From contig MU058718.1 of assembly GCA_013265495.1 (NCBI GenBank), positions 4,667,438-4,718,626 on the forward strand: a stretch of DNA of 51,189 nt. The letters run 5' to 3'. The position numbers and the translations under genes were made by a program. The stretch is from Vicugna vicugna (taxonomy: Eukaryota). The notes below the pieces were generated by a model. That model worked only from the letters and a program-made list of their open reading frames with translations. It was not told the DNA's origin and did not search any database. Below are positions 12,065-24,135 of this stretch, piece after piece. Every line of letters begins with the position of its first letter. Within the stretch, counting starts at the first letter, position 1.

Positions 12065-12345
12065 TAATTCAAATAAGTCAGACAAAAAAAGGACAAACAC
12101 CGTATGGTTTCACTCATATGTGGAATCTATAAAACCAAACAAATGAAAAAAAAACAAAATAAAACAAAAAACATACTCATTGGTACAGAGAACAGTTTCC
12201 AAAAGGGAAGGGAGTTGGAAGTGAGCAAAAATGGTAAAAGGGTCAAATGCATGGTGATGGATGGTAACTTGTGGTGGTGATCACTTTGTAGTGTATATAG
12301 ATGTCAAATTAGAATGCTGTATTCCTGAAACTCATATTAAAAAAA
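12065..12345 (+). mobile_element. L1 3' fragment nested in ERV-L
   Basis: aaataagtcagacaaaaaaaggacaaacaccgtatggtttcactcatatgtggaatcta...ggtgatggatggtaac...cctgaaactcatatt. Confidence 0.8.
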
Positions 12346-12593
12346 TGTTGTGTTCCCTGGTGGAAGTATTCCCCCTCTAAACTTGTGGGACCTGGAGACC
12401 CATGTTTGTGGGAAACACACATTTTACAAGGGATCACTAGAAGTCATGGTGAGATATGCCACGCCTACTTTTATCTTTTGAGTCTCAAACTCATATTCTA
12501 CCCCCTGGGGAAATAGTACTATACAATTGTGGTTGCTTTAGGGTAACAGTGCTTCCCTGAGAATGACACCCCATCCTTACTAGCTATCATTTC

Positions 12594-12690
12594 ACTTACT
12601 TATTTTTTTAATGGAAGCACTGCAGATTGAACCCAGAAGCTTGTGCATGCTAAGCATGCGCTCTACTACTGAGCTACACTCTCCTGCCCC
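12594..12690 (-). mobile_element. Vic-1-like SINE (copy 1)
   Basis: gattgaacccagaagcttgtgcatgctaagcatgcgctctactactgagcta. TSD ctagctatcatttca / ctaggtatcgtttca. Confidence 0.9.
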
Positions 12691-12946
12691 TAGGTATCGT
12701 TTCAAAGCTGGCACCTCAACGATGTCTTCAAAATCCATTCCATTGCTTTATAATGCCAGCAGCTTTTAGATGCTGCAGGATGTGATATATATCTCTGTAA
12801 CTCCAAGGATGTGACGTAGGCTCTTGGACCCAATGAGTTACAATGGAGGATCCTATGTCAGTGAATCAAGAACACTCTGTGAGTGCCATACATATGCTCA
12901 AATAGTGGTGCTGGTTTAGGTCCTGCAGGGCAAATAGCAAATCCAT

Positions 12947-13043
12947 ACTTACTTATTTTTTTAATGGAAGCACTGCAGATTGAACCCAGAAGCTTGTGCA
13001 TGCTAAGCATGCGCTCTACTACTGAGCTACACTCTCCTGCCCC
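12947..13043 (-). mobile_element. Vic-1-like SINE (copy 2, produced by the duplication)
   Basis: Identical to copy 1 and lacks its own left TSD. Confidence 0.9.
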
Positions 13044-14019
13044 TAGGTATCGTTTCAAAGCTGGCACCTCAACGATGTCTTCAAAATCCATTCCATTGCT
13101 TTATAATGCCAGCAGCTTTTAGATGCTGCAGGATGTGATATATATCTCTGTAACTCCAAGGATGTGACGTAGGCTCTTGGACCCAATGAGATACAATGGA
13201 GGATCCTATGTCAGTGAATCAAGAACACTCTGTGAGTGCCATACATATGCTCAAATAGTGGTGCTGGTTTAGGTCCTGCAGGGCAAATAGCAAATCCATA
13301 CTTACAGTAACTGTTGATTCCAGTCAGGATGATTCACTGTTCCTTCTAGCATTAAAGGGGCCAGTGTTACAAAAAGAGTCACTTTTTGCTCATCTGATAC
13401 AATTAACATGCTATCACGAATGCAGTGGACTAATGGGACGTTTTCTGTCTTAGCCACGTTAGGGAATGTTGCTTAGAGGCCCCCACTTGGCATCCCACGG
13501 TATGACAGCTCTTACCCTAGAGGCCAACAAACCAGTGTGCTCTGGCATTCTGCCAACGACTGTATTTTGAGGGGACCAGACAAATGACCACTGGGTGTGT
13601 CCTTGGTCCAGTGGACTCATTATGAAGTGGACCTCAAATACAAGTATTTATTGTATGACCCCTTCACTCCCTACTCTATAGTGGGGCTATTATGAAGTTT
13701 CAGGTCTCCAAGTGTCAGTGTCAACTTGGAACCTGCGTCCAGTATTCCTCCAATGTCTCGGTATTTCTCTTTACCCAGTGCGTGGTTACCCAAGTAAATG
13801 TCATAGGTCCATTTGGCAAAAAACTGGGTAATCATTACCATATACATTTACTTTGGTGTTTCAGGGTCCTTCATCCTGGGGACCCAGTCTCTCCTTTAGT
13901 CAGTGGGTCTTGGTTTGAACAACAAAAACAAAAAAAAAACAGGCTCAGATCCAGAAATTGGACAAGGATAATTCCTTTTTTTTAAACTTAAAACTAAGAT
14001 CTTACATTGTATTTTCCTT

Positions 14020-14190
14020 TTTTAATTGAACTATAGTTCAATAGTTGACATACAACATTATATTAATTTCAGGAATACAACCCAGTAATTTGACATTTAT
14101 ATATGTTATGAATTGATGACCACAATAAGTCAAGTAACATCTGTCACCATACAAAATTCATACAATATTATCTACATTTCCTTTGCTGTA
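14020..14190 (-). mobile_element. L1 3' end fragment nested in ERV-L
   Basis: ttaattgaactatag...ttgacatacaacattatattaatttcagg...ctgtcaccatacaaa. Confidence 0.7.
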
Positions 14191-15195
14191 CAGGACAAGG
14201 GATAGTAACTTTAATAGGGAAGTTTCTCTAATCCTTCTGGTTATCCATTCTATTTTTTTTTAATTTCATAAACTGAGAAATACTCTTTTTTGCCACTTAC
14301 ACGTCTTATGCTTGTGGACAGTGTGTTCTATTAACCATCGCCACTGTTCTGTACACACAAGAGCCCTGGATCTCACTCGGACCATGGCATTTATCTTGCC
14401 TCTGATGCTTAAGTATGCCCATTGGCCTCAATTATTTTGGAATTCTGTCATCCTCTTCCTATTAGGGAGCTGGGTTGTGTAATGGTATCTCTTTCTGTTA
14501 GCCCTGGCTTATGAAGGACAGCCATTCTTGAGCTTCTCAACAATGTTAGTGCTTCTCTAATCAGAATTTTTGCTACTTTCCTCATTGCTTTAGGTAGACT
14601 TCTGATCCTCCTGTGGAACGTGGTTGGCTGACGAATTCCCTGCATGTAATGCTATATCCACTCTAGCATGTCCACTTCTGAGTCTTTTGGTCCCTTGCCT
14701 ATCACTTACTATACCAATCCTGACATTTCCATGTCACTTGGCATGGGCCATCAGTTTTTCCAAGCATCCAAGGACCAGCCCAGCAGCATGTTTTTCCCAT
14801 CTTTTGGGGTCCTTGCAAGGGTGTAAATCTTATATTCCTTTTACAAATTGACGTTCTATTCCAGTCTCTCCCAATCAAGCTCCTTCTGGATCCAGCCCCA
14901 CACATAGGCTCCTGGCTCCTGCTGGTAAATGTTGACTAGGTCCTTCAGGGTGTGATGCCTTTCCTTCTAACAGACCCAGTGCTTTCTGGCTGGGTTATAT
15001 TTTGACTTGATCTTGATTACTGGTCTTATTTACCAACTAGGAAGGGAGGTGCTAGAGGGAGATCATGAAGGGGGCCTCATGTTGTCCTGCCATGTAGAAG
15101 CCTCTGTATTAACTGTAAGCAGAGCAGGGGGTGGGGGAGTTTCCAATCTTCAGCATAGGGGAGTGAGACACTTCTGTAGGGGGATCTGGGTTTTT

Positions 15196-15917
15196 GTTTT
15201 CAAAAATCTTTTTTTTTAATTGAAGAATGTCAGTATACAATGTTATGTCAATTTCTGGTGGACAGCATAATGTTTCAGTCACACATATACATACATATAT
15301 TCATTTTCATATTCTTTTTCATTATTGGTTACTATGAGATATTGAATATAGTTCCCTGTGGTATACAGTATAAACTTGTTGTTTATCTATTTTATTTTAT
15401 TTTTTTCCATTTTTCAGTTGAAGTATAGTCGGTTATAATGTGTCAATTTCTGGTGTACGTCACAATGTCCCAGTCATGCATATACATATATATACATTAA
15501 TTTTCATATTCTTTTTCATTAAAGGTACTATAAAATATTGAATATGGTTCCCTGTGCTATACATAAGAAATTTGGTTTTTTAGCTATTTTTATGTATAGT
15601 GGCTAACATTCGCAAATCTCAAACTCCCAAATTTATCCCTTTCCACCCCCTTTCCCTGGTAACCATAAGATTGTTTATTATGTCTGTGAGTCTGTTTCTG
15701 TTTTGTAGATGAGTTAATTAGTGTTCTCTTTTTTTCTTTCTTTTTTATATTCCATGTATGAGTATTGGTATTTTCCTTACGGTATTTTTCTTTCTCTTTA
15801 CGTCTTACTTCAGTTAGAATTACGGTCTCCAGGTCCATCCATATTGCTGCAAATGGCATTATTTTATTCTTTTTTAAATGGCTGAGCAGTATTCCATTGT
15901 AATACCACAGCTTCTTT
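15196..15917 (-). mobile_element. 5'-truncated L1 with a doubled 3' UTR end, nested in ERV-L
   Basis: ORF2 end MPFAAIWMDLETVILTEVRRKEKEKY. Flanked by ggatctgggttttt (15182) and ggatctggggtttt (15918). Confidence 0.88.
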
Positions 15918-17485
15918 GGATCTGGGGTTTTAAGGTTTCAAAGTGCTTCAGCCTAGATGTCTACATCTGAATTCTCAGGAATCTTCCCACCCAGTCCCTG
16001 GCACAGGAGGTTTGTCAGGGTTGAGAACACAACCTTCTCTTTAGCTCTGCTATCCTTGTAACTAAGTCCTGAGACTAATTCTTAACTTTCTCTATCTTTT
16101 GGCTGCAGGAGATGAAAATGTTTTTATATGTTATCATCTAGGACCTTTGACGATCATAATTCACATTAAATTGGTGATTAATCCCCCCCAGCTTTTCATT
16201 GTCTTTCTCCAGTACATTGATAGCACTCATTCATCGCCCTTATAGTAACTACTTCTCAACAGCCTGAGATAATCACCGGTCATACACCTCCTTCTGTCCG
16301 TATCCCATCCCAGTTCACTACCAGTGAAGATTTTAACGTTTGCACTCCTACCAAATGCCAGGGGCTTTAGTTCTGCACCTCCCACCAGGCACCTTCCACC
16401 AGTGATGGAGCCTCTATTGCCAGCCACCTAGCAGGTAGAAAAGCTTCAAAATCCCATTTTAGATTCTGCTTTCTCAGTTGCTCCTGGCATCACATGTGTT
16501 AGGTTAGGTTTCCTGGGAAACAGGCTGTGAGACAGAAATTTAAGTGCAGGAAGTTCACTGGGGAGTGATGTTGGAGAGAATACTTGTGAGGAAGTAAAGG
16601 AAGCAGGGAGAGGGAGAAGATGAGTTACAACCCAGTCACGGCAAGGACCTCAGCCAACCCCTGGGGAACTCTGGTCCATGATGATGCTTCAAAGCAGTTT
16701 CAAACTGAGGCAAGGGAGCCAGGCCATTGCATCCCAGCATCAACTAATCCTCAAGGACATGGAGTAAACTTGGAGGGGCAGTTTCCTTGGAGTAAGCGCA
16801 ATGTCTAGGGAGGAACTCAGCTATGAACTGTCAGCAGCCACCACTCCTGGCAGGTGAGGGAATTAGTACCTTGATCTTGATGAGAGAACTGGGACGTACC
16901 ACAGCACCCACTACAGTGTGGTCTGAGACTGCTACTTGGATGTCCAACAGACATCACAGGCTTACCATATATAAAGCACAGCCCATGTGTTTTTTTTCTT
17001 TCTGAGCCTCTTTTTTTTTTCAGACTTTTTTTCTTTGTAAATGTCATAATTATGGATCTGTGAGGAGCAGGCCGTAGCTTTTAGTTTATTTGTTTCCTGT
17101 CTAGACCTCCATCTAGTATGCTAGAAGGTCCTCCCAACAATGACTCCAAAAACTGCATTTTGAGTCCATTCACCTCTTTACGTCTCTACCGCTGCTACCT
17201 CAGTCAAGCCACTGTCGCCTCTTGCCTGTTCTGCTGCAGCTGCCTTCTGGGTCCTTGTGTATACTCCTGTCTTCTACAATATATTCTTCATGTGGTAACA
17301 CTGTGATCTCTCAAAAATGTAGGTAAGACCAGATCACATTTTTTCTTAGATACTTCATGGTTTGTATTGTATTTAGAAAAAAAATCTAAACTCTTTACCA
17401 TGGGGTACAAGGTCCAATATTATCTGGTCTTTCCCAAATTCTCTGACCTCACCTTTCCTGCTCTCCTGTATCAGGACAGTCACTA

Positions 17486-17714
17486 TGACGGTCTACCCAA
17501 TAGTCCTTTTCTCCCCTTCTTAGCAACAGAATTTTAATTTTTTTTCATGATGTCAATATTCCTAGGTGATGGAACAAGACTCATCCATACCAAATATGAA
17601 AAAAAAAATCCCTGCTTTCCCAGCCTACTTCGCTGCTAAATGGGTGGGTGGGGGGTGTTTATGAACCACTCAGGCCAATAATACTAAATTGAATTTTGCT
17701 AGAGGGTTTCTGAG

Positions 17715-17762
<48 letters not shown>

Positions 17763-17935
17763 ATTGAAAGGAGATGATGCAGCTAGCACACTGGTCCTTC
17801 TCCATTCTTTCTGTCATGAATGTAGACGTAGTATCTGGAACCACAACAGCCATCCTGTAAACTTGAGGAGAAGACCTAGAGAATTACAGAAGTGTTGACT
17901 CTGAAGGTATTTGGTCTCTGAACTGGACTCTTTAT
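17486..17935 (+). mobile_element. Ancient ERV-L solo LTR (LTR33-like)
   Basis: cccttcttagcaacagaa...tttcccagcctacttcgctgctaaatg...ctggaaccacaacagccatcctgtaa. Confidence 0.5.
17719..17758. repeat. Poly-T (40 nt)
   Basis: Uninterrupted T run. Confidence 0.95.
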
Positions 17936-19264
17936 CACTCAACACTAAACTCTACCGCCTCCCAGGCAGGCCAGTATGCTAGTTCTCACCGACGTGAGAC
18001 TTTTCTCCCATATCGTCCCAAGGCTGGCTCCTCTTCATGCAGATCTCCGTTCGCCTCCTCCACGGGGTCCTCTCTGGCCACCCAGTCCCAGGTAGCACTG
18101 CTGTCTCCAGTCCTGCCCATCTACTCTGTCATGATGCATGTGTATATATTTAAAATAGCACTCAGAATTTTGTGAAAACATCTTATTGATGGACTCCTTT
18201 TTAATAATCTGCCTCTTTCCACTAGAACATGAGTTTCGTGAGAGTGGGGATGTTGTTTGCCTTGTTCAATACTGTTATGACAAGGATCTGGCAGACAGTA
18301 GTGCTAATGAATGTTTGTTGAATAAATACCACCAAATACTAACTGTATTTGATCTTTCTTTTGACCCTCTTGAGCTTCATAGTTTTTTTTTTTTTGTTGT
18401 TGTTGTTGTTTTTGCATAGGGATCCTGAGTAATAGCAGTTAGACTGATCATGCAGTGCTGTGAAAGTCAAATGAGATCACATGTGTGGAGATGAGTGGGC
18501 ACATGGAGCGCTCGGGACGATGCAAACTCTGAGACTGTGAGTGACAACCGCCCTTTCTCATTTCTGAGTGTTCTGTAGGCATTGCCAAGTCCCCTCTTTT
18601 ATTAGACTCTTGTATATGTAGAAGAGAGTTATGAGCTTAGGAACCTGGGAAAGTAAAATCGAATGACTTGATTGCAGTGTTTATTGCAGCAGGCACCTGG
18701 GAGAACTCCCGCTGCTATGTTTGAATGTGGCATTACTTGGTCTGGGAATAACAGAGTGAATGAGTTTGAATTTAGTGTACCAAAGGTAAAGTCAACATAC
18801 AGGCAGTTGCTGGCAGAGTGGAATGATAAAGATGTGATTATCTGAGGAAAGTGATCGGGGCTTTAAAAATCAGGCAAATCATAATAATAAAGTCAGAAAT
18901 TGGGCTTCATCAAAAGAAGGGAAAAAACAGAAGGAGGCATTAGGGAAAGCTGTCATTGACTTGTTAGAAACAGGTACATAGAGGCTATTTTTGTACATTT
19001 TTGGCTACTGTTTACAAAGGTGATGCTAGGGGAAAATTATGAAAACTGGAGAGATTATTTCTTGATAATTTAAAAATGGAAGTAGACTGGGCAACGCCCC
19101 TCTCTCCATTGTTTCCAACCAAACATAAGAGCTTAATACGGAGAACAAAAATTTAATTATTACCCAGATATGAGCTGATGGAAATCTAAGAACATAAAAA
19201 AAGAAAAAAAAAGAGTTATCTGATATTACAGTGGAAAGAGGACTGGACTTGAATCAGACAATGA

Positions 19265-19895
19265 TTAGTTAATTCACTAAATATTATTGATTAGTTATCT
19301 TCTATGTCTAGACATTGCTTGGTTCTGAGAATACAGTATGGTCACTACCATTAGGGAGAAACTCCAGAAGAGGCTGTGGGCAGGTTGGCAAGCAATTTTA
19401 ATAGTGTGATAATACTCTAGTAAGGGAGAACAGGATGCTTTGAGAGCACACAGAATCAGTCCTTCTGTGTGTGTGTGTCTGCGGGTGTGTGTGTGGGTTA
19501 GCAATATGCACTGGAGGAAGTGACATCTAAGCTGAGACAGAAACATGCTAAGTTGGTTTGTGCCACAGGGCCTTTGCACTACTTGGTCCCTCTGCCTGGA
19601 ATGCTACCCACTAACCTCTGCATAGCTGACCTCTTGATATTCAGTTTTTAAAGATCTTCTCAGAGATGTCTTTCGTTTCACAGAAAATTTCTACCAAATC
19701 ACCCTTCTATTTTTTTTTTCAGAGCTTTTATCATTATATAGTATTTTCTGGTATTTTTTATTATTTGTCTCCCTTTAAAATATTTGCTCCAAAGAACTTG
19801 AACCTTGTCTCCCTTTTCCATCACTGGATGGTCAGTGCTTATAACAGTGCTTGGCTCAGAAGAGGTGCTCAACAACTATTTGATGAATAAATGGT
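19265..19895. mobile_element. Two oppositely oriented L2 3' fragments
   Basis: Antisense L2 end attcactaaatatttattga at about 19272. Sense end gtgctcaacaactatttgatgaataaat at about 19865-19892. Confidence 0.55.
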
Positions 19896-20924
19896 AATAG
19901 CAGTGGGAAGAGGGAATGGGGAGACCAAGAGAGAGGAAGAGAATGTTCTGTTAGAGAACCCAACAGTTGTTGTGGGTTCTAATTGATTCCTAAGTCCCTA
20001 TTAAGTTTTGTTGGAGAAACTGGATCATTTCTTCTCAGGGGGGCCTCCTTGGCCTGTGTAAGGGACTGGCTCTTGTGCACTGATGGACTTAAATTTCAAT
20101 CTGATCGTATTCTGCTACATATTTCAGAGTTACATTTTAACTCTGTGTTGGCACTCTTCCTTGGTATTCCTGTTCTGTTTCAGAGATCTTAATTTTTAGA
20201 TTTCCTTGGTCCTTTCAGTTGGATTGAAAGGGTGAGTGGTCAATCTGTGGGTTCAAGTTGTCATCTTGAATCTGAAAGTCTGAAATTTTACTCTGGTAGA
20301 TTTGAACACAGGTTGCTTTTCCCCATAGACCTCTGGTCTGTGTTAAGAAAAGGAAACATACTTTAAATTACCCTGTGAAAAGCAGAATTAGAAAGGAAAA
20401 AATGTTGTAAAAGCAGTTACAATGTATCTAATGCAAATCAAACATTTTGGACTAAGCCCACCAAGCGCTTCCTCCTGTGCCTATGGGTGATCGCATCTAA
20501 CATGCACGTGCCAATGAGGCCCATCCCCCACCCCCAATAAACTGCATTAATATGAGGCTGGCCTAGTGGTGACTGGTGCTACACATCCCTTCAGACCTCA
20601 CGGTCTAGGAGACCATTTACTAGGAACCACAGTACAATAAGGTAAAGAAAAACTCTTCATGGAAGGGTCTCTTGGGGAAGCCAACTCCATGGACTCACCA
20701 GCTCTAGAACTGGATTTTTAGGTTCAGAAAAGTAATTTTACTGCTATTTTGTTGGGTGGTAGCCAGGCTTCCATGATTCTAATTTATCCACCTGAATGTG
20801 CTGGTGTACATTGTTCTGCTCAGGATATCTGCTTCTAGAAGACTCACTTAGGAGACCACATGTTGAAGGGACCTAGGAATAGAGCAGAATATAAATTTAG
20901 AATAGATTTATACAGAAGAATGAA

Positions 20925-21150
20925 TAAAAGTCCAAGAAAAGCTAAGTTCACTTTGAAAAGAGGAGCAAAGTTGGAGGGGGTGTTGCCCCATTAGAAGTTA
21001 AGATCGTATCACAATGCCATGAGAATACAAGCAGTGAGGTTCTGGCTCAAGAACAGAGAAGTAGACCTAATGGAACAGGACAGTGTCTTCCAAGAAGATC
21101 TGAGTATCTGAGGTGAGGTTTTGATAAAGATGGCACCACAAGTAAATGGG
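20925..21150 (+). mobile_element. Ancient L1 ORF2 fragment
   Basis: gagcaaagttggaggg...aagcagtgaggttctggctcaagaacagagaagtagacctaatggaacagg resembles the KTVWYW..NR.IDQWNR region. Confidence 0.55.
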
Positions 21151-22715
21151 GAGAAGATGTGAAGAGGAGTAAAGTTCTTCCTTCCTTCCTCTGTCCACTT
21201 TTTATTTGAGTCGCTTTACTTTGCTGTTTCACTCTTCCCTCTCATTCAGTGAGAAAGGTGGGTCCCTGCTCTGAAGGAGGAGCCTAACTCCAGGTTCCTA
21301 ACTTAGGAGGCAGTGGAAGTGAAGCAAAGGAGGTGGTGTTCAGATGACTGGGACCTATTTCTTGTCTAGGTACCAATCCAGAGTCACAGGAGGCTGGAGA
21401 GGGATTTAGGGGTAAAACCCTAATTAGTATAACCCAAATGTAACTGAGCTCCTTGGGCAGCCTATGCCCTTGCTTCGTACCCTTTTTGAGGCATTTCAAC
21501 CCCAAATCTAAATGCAATACTCAAATCATCAGGCAGTCAGGTGGGTTCACGAAGACTTGGGAAGAGGAGACACACGGCCTTAACATACCACATTAAACAT
21601 CTTTGTTCTCCAGCTGCCTGGTCTCATCTCTCTTCCTATTCCCACTCCACATCCAGAGTCTTTCCATGACCCTCAGGCCTTTGGCTCCCCCTCTTAGCTT
21701 ACCCACTTTTCTCAGAAAATCTCTTTCAAGTTTCCTCCTTGAAAGGCAGAAGGGAACTGCCCATAGCTAGTAGTTTACTTTTCCTTTGCCTGGAATTTAC
21801 TGGCGGTAGACTACACTTTCTTGCCTTCAGAAAGCCACAGGAGGCTCATCCCAGACTTGTGGTCTCCGGATCCTGGTTAGCACTTACCGGGGGCGCAGCA
21901 ACAATGAATGTTAGTCAGTAAGTGGTGTTGGTCCTGTCCTAGACTTTAGGGTATGGCCCCTATTTTGTGCTCTTATCTTACCCTGCACAATCTCTGTGGA
22001 CTATTTCTAGTGTTAATTATCTTTGATGGTAGATCTTCTTTCACTTCTGGTGAGAATGGGCTTATTGTTTGAAACCCGAGTGTAAGAATAGACTATAATG
22101 ACTTTTCCCTGCTTCAAATGAACTTTTAAATATTCATTTCATATTTGTTTGATGGAGGTGGCAGGTATTTTCCCTTCTGTGTGCTTAAGATAGAAAACAA
22201 AGTTTCAGCAGAGAACAGAAAAACCTTTCTTTGGAAACTTTATTACTTGGTGGAATATATAGATATATATACTAGATAGACTATGCATATCTTTTATGGA
22301 CATCAAACGGACATTCTTCTATCCAGGAAGTCTCCACTCTAGTCTTGTCCGTTCTTGCTTGACTGTCACTGACATGGGAGTCATAGTCAATACACTAGTG
22401 CTTGAAAATAAACTGTGGATCCAGAGTTGGTGGTGAGATGGAGAAGAAGCTGTGAAAACCAGGAGCAGTTTAGGGGAAGTGAGCACTCCTCCCGCACCCC
22501 AGGCTAGCTCCCAGGTAGTTCTGTTCTAGTTGATGTTGCTCCTCCAGCCCTATTATTTCACTTTATAATTCAGCCTGAAATTCCAGCAGTCAGAAACTCA
22601 TTTGGGCAAATAAACACCTGTGAAAAACACGCACTTATCTGCCAAAAGCATAAGTAATGTTCTCACAGGTAGAATTAATCTCTCCCTTCTCTATGTTTTT
22701 CTGAAGTTACCTTAA

Positions 22716-23199
22716 TTCGGTAAGTTACCTCTTGCTGTATAACAAATCATGCAAGGTTTAGTGGTTTAAAGAACGATGATCATTTTATTTGCTCCTGATC
22801 CTGCGTGTTAGTGATCTGGACTGATATCAGCTGAGTGGTTCTCCTGCTGGTCTCTCTGGGGATCACCCATGTTTCTTCAGTCATCTGGGGGTCTTAAGTT
22901 AGACTGGCTCATCTCTGCTGCCAGTGGACCTATCTTCCAACACATGGTAGCGTTGCCTTCTAAGAGAGGGAGACTTCAATCTGCAAGACATATTGACGTC
23001 GTGGCTCAGATATCACACGACACCATTTTTGTGGCATTCCATTGGTCAAAGTAAGTCAGAGGTCAGCCAAAACACGAGGAGTGAAATAACAGACCCCTCC
23101 TATTGATGAGAGGACTCACAAGATCTCATTCCAAAGGAGGCGTGCCTCCAGGGATGGGAGGAATTGTTGCCGCTGTCTTTGCAGATAGTCTATTTGCAG
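22716..23199 (-). mobile_element. MLT1-type MaLR solo LTR
   Basis: ttgctgtataacaaatcatgcaaggtttagtggtttaaag...cattccattggtcaaagtaagtcagagg...gaattgttgccgctgtctttgca. Confidence 0.75.
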
Positions 23200-24135
23200 A
23201 TAAGCTTCTGCTACACATGTATGGCTTCGTTTCTGAGCTGCCAGACAGTGGGAACTTTTACTCAATCATCCTGCACCACAGGGACTAGAGCCTTTCACAA
23301 AGTGGGTGTTTGATAGTGGTTGGCTGGACCGAATTCATATGTAGAGGAAGGTTACCTTGAGTCCTGCAAAAAGCCAAAATCTGGGTGTCTGAACATCAGA
23401 TGAAGTTAGGGAACTTGGGGTAGACTCAAAGGCTGGAAGCCTCAAGTATGTTGGGCGTCTGCTGAGACAACAGCCTCTGGGTGTCCATGGCGGGCAGGGA
23501 AGTTCAGGCAGGGCTAGGGGTCAGAACTGAAGTCAGGCATCAGGAAATGGGAGGGGGTGGAGTTCAGTAAAGAAGCCTGGTAAGGGAGTTCAGGCTTTGG
23601 GATAGGTTGGTGGGTCAGTAGGGCTATCTGGGTGTGCCTTTGGAACTCAGGACCGCAGGTCCCAGGGGTCCTCCACTGTGGCTTGAAGAGGGGTGTGCAG
23701 ATGAAGCCTGGCTGTGTTTACTGTTCCTGGAATGGGGCAGGGTTCTGCTAACTACTGCAGCAGGTCCTTGAAAGAGCCCCTGAAATTCTGCCCCTCTCTT
23801 GCTTTGTAATTCTTCCTTCCTCATCTCACTCCCACACTTCACCATTCCTTCTGGTTCAAACAGTTAAAATTCCCTTCCTCTAAAACGACTCCCTTGACCT
23901 CCTTTTTTCCATAGTGATGGCATCCTCCTTCATTTTCTTAAACTGTCCAATGCCTATTCAACTCATAAGACCCTTTTGTTTCTCTCATGTATTATTAATA
24001 TTCTTTTAAATATTTTTTTCTAAATCTAAATTACTGGCTTCTTGAGAATAGGGATTGTACCTTATATTTTCCTGTGCTCTTTCCTTAAAACACTGACCTC
24101 CCCATAGTAAAGGTTCAATAAGCATTTCTTGTTTG

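Larger units (their letters stand above)
12594..13305. repeat. 353-bp tandem duplication
   Basis: 12594-12946 repeats at 12947-13299. I found one mismatch (T12838 vs A13191). Confidence 0.95.
11385..16915 (-). mobile_element. Decayed ERV-L provirus (LTR16 / ERV3-16A3-like) with both LTRs
   Basis: Related LTRs at about 11385-11797 and 16495-16915. PBS-like gtgatgccaggagc next to the 5' LTR. Gag remnant KAMRKVAKILIREALTLLRSSRMAVLHKPGLT near 14500, protease LDAGS at 13728-13742, RT LVHCIRDSMLI near 13401-13433, integrase remnant AAGIIKQWNG at about 12735-12765. Confidence 0.85.
17050..18330 (+). mobile_element. L2 fragments interrupted by an LTR
   Basis: L2-like pyrimidine-rich body with the typical 3' end gtgctaatgaatgtttgttgaataaat. 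Confidence 0.6.

Noticed and set aside
19265..19895. Inverted L2 pair as a miRNA precursor
   Set aside because: The 3' ends face outward about 600 bp apart and are highly diverged, unlike the tail-to-tail junctions of L2-derived miRNAs.
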